Of a stretch of 64,000 bases of DNA, positions 39,089 to 48,703 are shown in pieces (position 1 is the first letter of the stretch; every line of letters starts with the position of its first letter). The stretch covers positions 224,001 through 288,000 of the forward strand of contig CAVZRV010000030.1 in assembly GCA_963777605.1 (NCBI GenBank), given 5' to 3'. Under the pieces are notes generated by a model. That model was not told where the DNA came from. It was given only the letters and a program-made list of their open reading frames with translations, and searched no databases. This DNA is from an uncultured Acidobacteriota bacterium (GTDB lineage Bacteria; Acidobacteriota; UBA6911; RPQK01; JAPXNP01). Both the position numbers and the translations under genes were made by a program.

Positions 39089-40419
39089 GCGTGGCATTGT
39101 GGGCGGTCCTGATCATTGGTGCTGCCTCCCCTCAGCAGGCGATCCAGGAGGGGGATCGGCTGCTGAAGCAGGGCAAGGTGGAAGCGGCGCTGCGTGCCTA
39201 TGACGAGGCAAAACAGTCGAACCCGGCGAAGCTCGAACCCTATTTGAAATCGGCCCAGGCGCTTCTGCAGGACAAGCGTCCACGGGACGCCGGCGTCGAA
39301 CTGAGTGGGGCGGTCCGGATTGCGCCATCGAGCGCGGTGCAGGCCCGCGAGTTGGCGGCCGCGGTTGCGGATGCCGGGAACGTTCGGCTTGCATCTGCCA
39401 TCCTCGAAGCGTGGCTCCAGCGCGGAGATCTGGATGCTTCGGGCTGGTGGCTCTTGTCGGACTATTACCTTCTGGAGAAGAAATTCGACCAGGCCCTGGC
39501 GGCCGTCGGTGAGTACGAGAAGCTGGAGGGCCAATCGGAGGATTCCAATCTTCGTCGAGCGCGAGTCCTCCTCGAGAAGGGCGATCTCGAAGAATCGATG
39601 ACCGCGTTTGAGGAGGTGACCCGCCTCGATCCCCAGTCGGCGGATGCCTATCACGGGTTGTCCAAGGTCTGCCTGTTTGGGAACAACCCAGAAGCGGCCC
39701 TGAAGATGTCGGAAAAGGCGGTCGAACTGGACCCCAAGAGCGGAATCTACCTTTACCAGCTTGGAGTTGTCCTCAAGGCCCTGGGGAGAACCGAAGACGC
39801 CATCAAGCGGCTCGAAGAGGCCAAGCATGAGGGTGCCGATGCTTTTGGACTCGCGTTCGACATGGGAGACGCCTATCGCAAGGCCGGCATGATGCAGAAG
39901 GCGCGAGAGACTTTGGCGCTTTACCAGACACTGCTCGAAAAGAAGCGGCGCGACCAGGAATCTGTGCAGTTTCAGGCCCAGGGCGACGAGCAACTGCAGA
40001 AGGGCGATGTCGCCGGGGCCCGGGAGACCTTCCTCCGGCTCCTTCCGATCGACCCGGAGAATTGGGACGCGCACAACCGCCTCGCCAAGATCGCCATCTC
40101 CTCGAACCGCTTTGACGAGGCGCTGACTCATGTCAATCGCATGCTTGAAGTGGACCCGAGAAGCGCTGAGGCGCAGTTTCTTGCGGCGCTCTGCTGGAGT
40201 GCGAAGCGGGACCGGGACCGGGCGCTGCAACATGCCGAAGAGTCTGAAAGGCTTCGGCCGGGAAACGCTCCCTTGCGCAATCTCCTGGGGAACCTATACT
40301 TTGCCGCGGGGGACTGGAAACGGTCCAAAAAAGAGTACCAGGCCGCGTCACGCCTCGAACCGGACAACGCCGTGTACCGTGCCAACCTGGAATCAGCTAT
40401 GCGCAGGGCGGGGAAGTAG
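39073..40419 (+). CDS. Secreted tetratricopeptide repeat protein
   Basis: Signal peptide followed by about ten TPRs (AVELDP, LLPIDP, MLEVDP, RLEPDN). Confidence 0.85.
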   Translation: MKFQVGVALWAVLIIGAASPQQAIQEGDRLLKQGKVEAALRAYDEAKQSNPAKLEPYLKSAQALLQDKRPRDAGVELSGAVRIAPSSAVQARELAAAVADAGNVRLASAILEAWLQRGDLDASGWWLLSDYYLLEKKFDQALAAVGEYEKLEGQSEDSNLRRARVLLEKGDLEESMTAFEEVTRLDPQSADAYHGLSKVCLFGNNPEAALKMSEKAVELDPKSGIYLYQLGVVLKALGRTEDAIKRLEEAKHEGADAFGLAFDMGDAYRKAGMMQKARETLALYQTLLEKKRRDQESVQFQAQGDEQLQKGDVAGARETFLRLLPIDPENWDAHNRLAKIAISSNRFDEALTHVNRMLEVDPRSAEAQFLAALCWSAKRDRDRALQHAEESERLRPGNAPLRNLLGNLYFAAGDWKRSKKEYQAASRLEPDNAVYRANLESAMRRAGK

Positions 40420-40464
40420 TCCGCGGCCCAGAGGGTCCGCTTCCCAAAGTAGTTTGCTGCCCAT

Positions 40465-40682
40465 GGTAGCCCAGGCTGCCCAGCCTGGTGGGTCAACCGG
40501 GCCGCCGGCCCGGTTGGGGAGATGGGCGGGCCCGTCACGAGGCGCGGCGCCGGGCACGGCTGCCCGGCTGACATTCCAGGCAGGCTGCCGGGAGTACTCT
40601 TCGCGCCGGGCAAGGCTGCCCGGCTGACATTCCAGGCAGGCTGCCTGGACTACTCTTCCAGGCAAGGATGGCTGGAGTACTT
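40465..40682. repeat. REP/BIME-like cluster of short GC-rich hairpins between convergent genes (family B)
   Basis: A ~55-bp unit CCGGGCA(C/A)GGCTGCCCGGCTGACATTCCAGGCAGGCTGCC(G/T)GGA(G/C)TACTCTT repeated twice plus a partial third. A related palindrome CGCCCGGGCAGCTTGCCCGGCG occurs at ~42642 and ~57900. Confidence 0.75.
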
Positions 40683-40685
40683 TGC

Positions 40686-41057
40686 CTATCCCTTCAGTCG
40701 GTCGATTTCTCTTCGGTCCCGTTTGGTTGGGCGTCCGGCGCCTTTCTCCCGTTGTTCCGTGCCCGACTGCATGATGCGGTCGATTGGGTCCAGGCGGCGG
40801 CGCGGAGGGCTGAGGTCAAGATAAAGCTCGCGGGCCAGGGCCTTTGCCACCGGCTTGTCTCTCAGTTCCTTGACGACCAGTATCCGCGTCCAGTCTCCCA
40901 GCTTGACTTCTATTCTGTCCTCCAGCAGGAGGTCTCGGTGGGCCTTCGCCGTCTGTTCGTTGACCCGGACACGGCCCAGGGAGCAGGCCCGGGTGGCCTG
41001 CGTGCGCGTCTTGAAGACACGGGCAACCTGAAGCCACTTGTCCAGGCGGACGGTCAT
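40686..41057 (-). CDS. hslR: S4 RNA-binding protein, Hsp15/HslR-like
   Basis: RLDKWL..ARVFKTR..A..AC..G.V.VN; GAGRPTKRDRR. Confidence 0.9.
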   Translation of the reverse strand: MTVRLDKWLQVARVFKTRTQATRACSLGRVRVNEQTAKAHRDLLLEDRIEVKLGDWTRILVVKELRDKPVAKALARELYLDLSPPRRRLDPIDRIMQSGTEQREKGAGRPTKRDRREIDRLKG

Positions 41058-41188
41058 TCCCGGCTCCGGATCTCCGCCAGGCGAGCCGCTGCCCTCCTCA
41101 GATGGGGAAATGTCGGGTTCTCTGAGTCGAAGATCAGCGGGTTCATCTTCTCCCTGAATTCTTCGAACGCGTCCTGCGTCGGGCTCAT
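41054..41188 (-). pseudogene. 44-aa minigene: internally deleted carboxymuconolactone decarboxylase (CMD/AhpD) family remnant
   Basis: MSPTQDAFEEFREKMNPLIFDSENPT-FPHLRRAAARLAEIRSRE; ATGA overlaps with glgA upstream and hslR downstream; the ends resemble the N- and C-termini of ~110-aa CMD proteins. Confidence 0.55.
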
Positions 41189-42423
41189 TTTCGAGCGTCC
41201 TTCATCTTGAATTTCCGTGACACCTCGTCATAGAGATTGAGGGTGCGCTCCGCGATCGCCGGCCAGGAAAAGTGTTCTTCCACGCGCTTGCGGCCGGCCT
41301 TGCCCATGGCATTGCGGCGTTCCTTGTCAGCGAGGAGAGCGTTGACGGCATCGGCCAGGTCCCGCGAAAAACGTTCCGGGTCCCGAGGTTCGAAAGTCGG
41401 TGCTCCGAGACTTTCGAAGGGCACCAGGACACCGGTTTCTCCATCCGCGACTGCCTCGGGAATCCCTCCGACGCGGCTGGCCACAACCGGGCACCCGGCC
41501 GCCATTGCTTCGAGGTTGATGATCCCGAACGGTTCGTATATCGAGGGACAGACAAACAACTGGGCTCCGCTGTAGAGTCGGACGAGGTCCGGGATGGGGA
41601 CCATTTCGCGGACCCAGTGAACCCCCTCGCGGTGTTCCTGGAGGGCTCGAACGGCGGCCTCCATTTCCCGGCCGATCTCGTCGGTATCGGGTGCCCCGGC
41701 GCACAGGACAGCCTGGACATCGGGCGTCACGTGCTGCAGTGCCCGAACCAGGTGGACGACCCCTTTCTGACGAGTGATTCGTCCAACGAAAAGGATGTAG
41801 GGCCGGTCGGTCGGAATGCCGAAACGGGCCAGGGCTGGTCCGGGATCCCGGGGACGGAACTGCTCGATATCCACTCCGTTGTGAATCACGTGAACGCGTT
41901 CAGGATCGGGCGAATAGACCTCCAGAATTTCATTGCGGGTACCCTTGGACACGGCAATGATGGCATCGGCGGCGTGAATCGCCGTGCGCTCAATCCAGCG
42001 CGATAGGTCATACCCCCGGCCGAGTTGCTCTTCTTTCCAGGGGCGAAGAGGCTCCAGCGAGTGCGTCGTCAGGACCAGTGGAATCCCGTAGAGCAACTTG
42101 GTCCAGAGTCCGCCCATCATGCTGTACCAGGTGTGGCAGTGAACCACGTCGGCATCCACAGGCAAGGCTGCGGCCGCCAGGTTGACGCCCAGTGGACTCA
42201 GTGCCTTTCGGAGACGGGGATCGGTCTGCTCGAGGGCCTGGTCCCAGGTGCCGAGTCCCGTGACTTTGGGGCTATCCGGTCCCCCGGACTCCTGCTGGTC
42301 TCCAAAGGAGCGGACCTCCACTTCTGCAAGACGAGCCATTTCAGCCGCCAGGTGCTCCACGTGGACACCGGCTCCGCCGTAGATGTAGGGAGGGAATTCG
42401 CGCGTCAGGTAAAGTACTTTCAT
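41185..42423 (-). CDS. glgA: GT4 glycogen synthase/maltose-1-phosphate synthase (actinobacterial GlgA/GlgM type)
   Basis: TREFPP.IYGGAGVHV, HCHTWY, HSLEPLRPWKEEQLG.GY, GRITRQKG, PSIYEPFGIINLEAMA. Confidence 0.92.
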   Translation of the reverse strand: MKVLYLTREFPPYIYGGAGVHVEHLAAEMARLAEVEVRSFGDQQESGGPDSPKVTGLGTWDQALEQTDPRLRKALSPLGVNLAAAALPVDADVVHCHTWYSMMGGLWTKLLYGIPLVLTTHSLEPLRPWKEEQLGRGYDLSRWIERTAIHAADAIIAVSKGTRNEILEVYSPDPERVHVIHNGVDIEQFRPRDPGPALARFGIPTDRPYILFVGRITRQKGVVHLVRALQHVTPDVQAVLCAGAPDTDEIGREMEAAVRALQEHREGVHWVREMVPIPDLVRLYSGAQLFVCPSIYEPFGIINLEAMAAGCPVVASRVGGIPEAVADGETGVLVPFESLGAPTFEPRDPERFSRDLADAVNALLADKERRNAMGKAGRKRVEEHFSWPAIAERTLNLYDEVSRKFKMKDARK

Positions 42424-42641
42424 TGGAAAGGAATCATACCATCGGCGGCTATGACCCGACCGCAGCGTCCCGATACGGCCGGGGGCGGGCCGGGCTCGAA
42501 ACTCAGGGTAGGACACGCTTCCAGCTTGTCGCCGTGACCGAAGCCACCCAACGGGAAACTTCATCCCCGGATGGACTGGAAAAACTGGAAGAACTGGCGC
42601 AGGCGGGTGCGGTGTAATCCGGGCAGCCGTGCCTGGTATGT

Positions 42642-42757
42642 CGCCCGGGCAGCTTGCCCGGCGATTTGAACTGCAGTTGAAGACCTGGAACTGAAACGCG
42701 AAGTCGTGAAGGACGCCAACGTCCCTTTGTTTTGGAAACAATAGAAGGCTTTTCGTC
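42642..42757 (-). repeat. Degenerate partial family A element preceded by a family B palindrome
   Basis: CGCCCGGGCAGCTTGCCCGGCG..CTGCAG..TGAAACGCGAAGTCG..GACGCCAA, colinear with 57900-57990. Confidence 0.6.
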
Positions 42758-44452
42758 CTACCGAAGGGGTTCCTCCTGGAGTTCGCTGCCTTCGGTCAAG
42801 CGATAGTGGTGGTCGGCGGGAACATCACGAAGGGTCCGGACCTTGCCATCCGGCCATCGGATATGGATCGCCTCGACACTGCTGCAGGCTCCGAGCCCGA
42901 AATGCGCCCGCGGGTCACTCGCCGAATAGATGCCTACGGTTCGTTTGATCTCCCAGACCTGTGAAAGGCCATCGCATTTCAGATCGATTCGGGCTCCGAT
43001 GGCGTCCCGGTTGGATGAGGTCCCATTCAGCCTGAGCATGATCCAGTGGTTGGAATCGGTCCGGTCGGCTCTCAGGAGGCGGGGTGAGCCGTTCAGTTGG
43101 GCAAGGAGCAGGTCGATGTCGCCGTCGTTGTCGTAATCCCCGAAGGCGGCGCCGCGGCCCACCATCCGGGTTTGGAAGTCGGGGCCGACCTGGCTGGAGA
43201 CATCCTGGAACGTTCCGTCCTTCTTGTTGAGATAGGCTGAGCAGGGCATTTCCAGCACCTCGGCCTTGTCGGAGTGAGCCAGGTATGGGTAGACATGGCC
43301 GTTGGAGTGGACGATGTCTTTCCATCCGTCGAGGTTCACGTCAACAAAGCGGGTTCCCCAGGCAACCAGAAGCCACTCCGGATCTTTCAGTCCGGCCAGG
43401 GCCGAGACGTCGGTGAACAGCAACTCACCTTCATTGTGATAGAGCGTGCTGTAGTCCGACGCGAAGTGGGTCATGAAGAGATCGAGGAGGCCGTCGTTGT
43501 CGTAGTCGGCGGCATCAATGCCCATGCTGGCCTGCTCATTGCCGTCGCCGCTGACGGCAACGCCGGAGATGAACCCCATCTCCTCAAAGTGGCCGCTGCC
43601 GTCGTTGACGTAGAGGTAGTTGGGGGTGGCATCGTTGCCGACGACCAGGTCCGGATCGCCGTCATTGTCGAGGTCGGCCCAGACGACCCCAAGGCCGAAG
43701 TAGCGCCCGCGATCCCGGACGCCGGCCGCATCGGTGACCTCCTCGAAAGTGCCGTCTCCGCGGTTCCGAAAGAGGTGGTCCTCGGCCCCCCGAAGTCCGC
43801 GCGGGCCGCACAGAACCGGGACACCCAGGTAGGTGCAGTCGGCGGTCTTTGGCGGCAGCCGGGTCGGGTCGTAGTCGAGGTAGGCGGCCACGTAGAGGTC
43901 CAGGTCGCCGTCGCCGTCGGAGTCGGCGAATGCCGCCGAGGTGCTCCAGCCGTCGGCCTGGATACCCGCCTTCGCGGTGACATCGGTGAAGGTGCCGTCA
44001 CCGTTGTTCCGGTAGAGTCGGTCGGGACCGAGTTCGGTCAGGTAGACGTCCGGATCGCCGTCGTTGTCGTAGTCACCGAAGGTGACTCCCATCCCCCAGC
44101 GGTTCGAAAGGCCCGAACCGGCGGAGACGTCTTCGAACGTACCGTCGCGCCGGTTCCGAAAGAGGCCAGGTCTGACCGTCTTTCCGGCCAGGTAGTCGGC
44201 CACCGTGGAACCCTGAACGATCAGAATGTCGAGCCAGCCGTCACCGTCGTAATCGAAGAAACCGATTCCACCGCCCTTGGTTTCGAAGATGTAATCTTTC
44301 TGATCGGCTTTCCCGCTGACGTGCTGGAACCGGATTCCGGCCTGCGCGGTGACGTCAACGTAGCGGGGTATCCCGTCAGTGGAGGCTGAAGCGGCGATGG
44401 CGAGAGAACAGTACAAGAATCCCAAGAAGGTAGCAGTAGACACAAACCTCAT
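42758..44452 (-). CDS. CRTAC1 family protein (FG-GAP repeats plus ASPIC/UnbV domain)
   Basis: Repeated DYDGDGWLD/DYDNDGDPD motifs, GRGAAFGDYDNDGDID, SNRDAIGA, HFGLG, IRWPDG. Confidence 0.92.
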   Translation of the reverse strand: MRFVSTATFLGFLYCSLAIAASASTDGIPRYVDVTAQAGIRFQHVSGKADQKDYIFETKGGGIGFFDYDGDGWLDILIVQGSTVADYLAGKTVRPGLFRNRRDGTFEDVSAGSGLSNRWGMGVTFGDYDNDGDPDVYLTELGPDRLYRNNGDGTFTDVTAKAGIQADGWSTSAAFADSDGDGDLDLYVAAYLDYDPTRLPPKTADCTYLGVPVLCGPRGLRGAEDHLFRNRGDGTFEEVTDAAGVRDRGRYFGLGVVWADLDNDGDPDLVVGNDATPNYLYVNDGSGHFEEMGFISGVAVSGDGNEQASMGIDAADYDNDGLLDLFMTHFASDYSTLYHNEGELLFTDVSALAGLKDPEWLLVAWGTRFVDVNLDGWKDIVHSNGHVYPYLAHSDKAEVLEMPCSAYLNKKDGTFQDVSSQVGPDFQTRMVGRGAAFGDYDNDGDIDLLLAQLNGSPRLLRADRTDSNHWIMLRLNGTSSNRDAIGARIDLKCDGLSQVWEIKRTVGIYSASDPRAHFGLGACSSVEAIHIRWPDGKVRTLRDVPADHHYRLTEGSELQEEPLR

Positions 44453-44509
44453 TTAGATGACTATTCTGGGAAATTTCCCCTGTTCCGCGCAAGTTCTGCG
44501 CTCCGAGAC

Positions 44510-44793
44510 TTGGAGAGCGGAAGCGAGAGCTTCCGCTCTTGAATCCTGGCCCGCCTGGGAAACGAAAGTTTCCCCCGTGCTGACGCAGGGCGGGAAAATT
44601 CTCCATCCGTTTCACCCGACCGCCCCCTCGTGTGGGAATTTCGAACGTCGAATTCGAATCTCGAAGTTGAAGTTCGTTACCGAAGTGCGAAGTGCGAACG
44701 GATGGAGGCAACAGAAGCTTTCGCTTCCTGACCCCGACCGGCGCCGACCCTCGACCGGCAAAAGCGGAAGCTTTCGCTTCCGGCACTCCAAAA
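44510..44793. repeat. Inverted pair of REP-like palindromes (family C) enclosing 7-bp-periodic TCGAA repeats
   Basis: TTGGAGAGCGGAAGCGAGAGCTTCCGCTCT ... AAAGCGGAAGCTTTCGCTTCCGGCACTCCAAA; related copy at ~61180-61260. Confidence 0.6.
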
Positions 44794-44798
44794 TAGGA

Positions 44799-44828
44799 AA
44801 GGCGCCGGCGGCAAGCCGGCGCCTTTTT
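44799..44828 (-). terminator. Intrinsic terminator after receptor copy A
   Basis: AAAGGCGCCGGC-GGCAA-GCCGGCGCCTTTT. Confidence 0.75.
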
Positions 44829-44851
44829 AAGAGCAGGTTTCAGGCTGAGGC

Positions 44852-47800
44852 TTAGAAGTCGTACCTCAGGCCGAACTGCATGACCCGCGGCGAGCCCTGA
44901 ATTTCGACGATGTTCCCAAAGGAAGGAGCCGGGGTCCCGATCTGAGGATCGGGTTGCGTGCCCCACCCGTCGCGGGAGTAATTCGGGGCACCGAGGCGCT
45001 GGGTGTTCGTCGCATTGAAGACTTCCCACCGGAAGGTCAAAGCATGACCCTCCGCGTAGGGCATGACGAATCGCTTGTGCAGGCCGAAGTCCAAAGCGAA
45101 GTAACCCGATCTGCGCAGAACGTTCCGGTCTCCCGTTTCCCCTGCCATGGGATCCCGGTAACTGTTGTAAGTGTACTGGGGATCGGGTGTTATGTTCGGA
45201 TGGGCCCCGGACTTGGTGGGATTGATCTTGGGGTCTCGGAGCCGGACATTAAAGCTCTGGACATTCCAGTTGGTCGACCACTTGCTACCCTCAATGGGCG
45301 AATCGATGGGCAGTCCTGAATTCCAGCGAAGGATCCCACTGAACCCCCAGCCGCCGAGAATGGCATCGGCCACACCGGACATGTCCGATCCAAAGGCGCG
45401 TCCCCTGCCGAACGGCAGCTGCCAGAGCCAGTTTGCGTTGAAGATGTGCTTGATGTCGAAATCGGACACCGAATAGCCGTCATCGATTCGGAGAGGATTC
45501 AGCACCAGGGCCCCGTAGTTGTAGCCGTAGGTGTTCTGCAACCCCGAGGCGTTGTCCATCGACTTGCTGAATGTGTAGTTCACGTCGAAGGTCAACTGGT
45601 CCTTGAACCGCTGCCTAAATGACATTGCCATCCCGTGATAGTCGGATTTCGCGATGGTGCTCCAAGTCGAGAGCGCTCCGTATTGCGGGTGGAAGAACAT
45701 GTTCGGATAAATGCCGTCGTAATTCAGAATGTACTGGTTGAAGGTCCAATCGACAGAATCCCAGCCGTCACGAGCTGCCATACAGTAAACGTTTTGCGTC
45801 ACCGTCAGGTTGGGATCGCACTCCCACGTCGCATAGGGGAAGAGGTTCTCGAAGTAGGGGATCATCGGTGCCTGGTCGATCGGGGACATCATGGATCCGC
45901 CAGTCGTAGAGCGTCGCGGCCGCCGTGTACCAGTCGGTACCTGATTTCGGGTCAACCATGTTGTTGAAATGCATCACGTCCCGCGTGGCCATCAGGTCGC
46001 GAGCCTTACGGCCAATGTAGGAGACTTCGAAATACATTCCTCCCGGCAAATCCCGGCCAACCGATGAGGTTCCAGTTGTAGTTGACCGGCGTCGTGATCG
46101 TTGAATCAAGCGACTGCTCAATCTGAAGGCTGTCATCCTCCGGCCGGGACAGCGGAAATGAAACTGAATCGGTCAGATCCATCCGGGGAAGGTCCCGAAT
46201 GTTCTGGTCGAAACCGGTAAAGAGGGGTCCGGGCCGATCGGTGCCATTGAAAGTGTTCGGGCCGATGTTGGAGGAATAGACGAAACCGAGCGTGTTGTTG
46301 AGGTCCCAATTTACCGCCATGGCACTCCCAACACGGTCGTACATCATGGAAAATCCGCCGCGAATGACGGACTCGCCATTCGCACCGAAGATCTTCCTCA
46401 GGATCCCATCTTCGAAGGACGGAGTGTACGCAAAGGAAATCCGTGGCTGGAAATTATTCCAGTCGGTGTCATACCATCCCTTGCGTCCGTAATAGGGTCC
46501 CGCGAGATCCACTGAGATCGGATCATTGTAAGGGATGCCTGCCTTCATGCCCTTAACTCGGAGGTCGAAGAATTCACCCAGGGGCAAAGTGGGCGCGACC
46601 TCGTATCCGCTGGTCTCATTGACCGGCGTGTTGAGGCTCCACCGCAATCCAAGGTTCAGAGTCAGTTTGTCGGTGGCCTGCCAGGTGTCCTCAAAATAGA
46701 GTTCGTATTCTTCCGTCGCGAACTGCGCGACCGGTAGGAGTCCCACTTGGCAGGATCTTCCCGTCAACGCCATACGTTCCGTAAGCAGAGTACTGGGTAT
46801 AGCGCCCCAGGAGATTGGTGAACGCGGTACGAATCGCGTCGCGGAGACCGTTCTCGTAATCGCCGATCACATCCATCGCATCCCCTGAATTGGCATAATA
46901 CGAGTTGATTCATAGAGGCATTATCGTAAGCACTCGCATAGCTTTGCCGGTTGTTGTCGATCAGCCTGATGTTGGTTCCGAATTGGAAGGTGTGATTGCC
47001 GACGATCCACGAGGTGTCGTTGGTGATGTTGTGAAGCGGCGTCGTCCGGGACAGCGTGGTGGATTCACTGGTCGGGTAGTAAACGAACCGGAAGATGATG
47101 TCATTGCCGAACAGGTCACCGCCATTCGTGAAAGCCTGGCGGGTGAGCCCGTACCTGAAAGTATTGATCACCGTCGGCTTGAGATTCCAGGTGTGGCCGA
47201 CAGCGAATGCCGATGGGATGGGTCCAGAGCTGCAGGAGAAGCGGTGTCGGGAAACCACTGGGCTTGGGCTTCCCGGTCCCACTGATAATTCGCGCGGATG
47301 AAGATGGAGTGCCTGTCATTGGGGAGGATGTCCATCTTGGCGATGTAAGTGTTGAAATCGAGAGGCAAAGCAGCGTTGAATCGATACCCGCCGGTGTTGA
47401 GCCCGTCGCCCTCGCCACTGTCATTTGCGGGATAGCGCGCCGCGGCGTCGCGCAGAGCGGCAACAGCGTAACGGATTCACTCCGCCCAGTTCAGGGAAAA
47501 GTGCCTCGATGTCGGCGGGACCAAGCTCAATAAGTTCACCCGCCGAATTGCGGTAGCGCATCTTTCCCTCGCCCATATGGGCAAGCGGGACAACCTGCAG
47601 TTGCGTCTCCTGCTTTCGGTCCTTGCGTCCCTCGTAATTGAAGAAGAAGAACACTTTGTCCTTCTTGATTGGACCGCCAATGGTGCCACCGAACAGGTTC
47701 CGAATCAGAGCGGGCCGTTCCTGACCGATGCGGTTGTTAAAGAAGTCGTTGGCGGTGGTGACGGTGTTTCGGTGATACTCGTAGGCCGACCCGTGAAACT

Positions 47801-48521
47801 CATTGGTTCCGCCCTTGGTCACCAGGGATACCTGGGCCCCGGATGAGCGGCCCTGAGAGCCCGTCGGGTTGGAAGTAGTGACACGGAATTCCTGGACCGA
47901 ATCGGGCGTCACCCGCAGCACCGACTCGAACGCCGTTCCCTGCTGCTGCTCGTTGACGTCGATTCCATCGAGCGTCAGGTTCGACTGGTCGCTTCTTGCC
48001 CCAGACACGTAGCCGGCCTCGGTAACGCCGGTCTGAAGGCTCAACAATGAATAAACGTTTCGAGCGTTCAGTGGGAGATCGACGATCTGCTCGGTGTTGA
48101 AGGCATTTCCAATTGAGCCGTCAATTTCGTTCATCAGCTTCTGGGTCGAACCCGAAACCGTGATGATCTCAGAGACTGAACCCAGTTCCAGCTGCAGCGT
48201 GAGCGAGCGCGGCGTGTCCACCTGCAGGCGGATGTCGTTCTGTTCCAAAGTCTTGAATCCCGGCAACTCGGCTCTGAGGTTGTAGAGTCCGGGCGGCAGC
48301 ATGAGAAACCGGAAGCGACCTTCGCTGTCGGTCACGCCTGCACGTTCGTTGCTGTTGGCCTGATTGGTCAGCGTAACATCGGCACCCGGAACCACGGCTC
48401 CCTGCGGGTCGACGAGGACGCCGGTCAATTCTGTGGTTTGGGCCAGCAGCGGGGATTCTGCGAGTAATGCCAGGAAAAGCACCACCCCCAACAGGACCAG
48501 TAACTTCTTCGAACCAGTCAT
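44852..48521 (-). pseudogene. Oar-like TonB-dependent receptor (carboxypeptidase-regulatory domain plus barrel), copy A; about 7 frameshifts (pseudogene or read errors)
   Basis: Fragments 47421-48533, 47168-47368, 46764-47282, 46691-46876, 46006-46773, 45768-46136 and 44852-45955 are colinear with copy B; ends PRVMQFGLRYDF. Confidence 0.8.
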
Positions 48522-48647
48522 AATCTCCTCCACCCTTCCGGTTGACAGTTTCGAAAAGTCCGAACTTTTGAATAAAAATCTTTGTTGGCAATGATTTAAC
48601 AGGTCTTGGGGAAATTATCAATAGTTTTGATCGAACACTCCAAACAA

Positions 48648-48678
48648 AAAAAGGCGCCGGCTGACAGCCGGCGCCTTT
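48648..48678 (-). terminator. Intrinsic terminator after receptor copy B
   Basis: AAAAAGGCGCCGGC-TGACA-GCCGGCGCCTTT, a paralog of the 44799 hairpin with a U-tract on the minus strand. Confidence 0.8.
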
Positions 48679-48703
48679 CTGGAAACAGGTTCGAAGGTGA
48701 GGC

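Noticed and set aside
40550-40682. Possible CRISPR array
   Set aside because: Only 2-3 units, spacers are short and identical rather than unique, and there are no cas genes.
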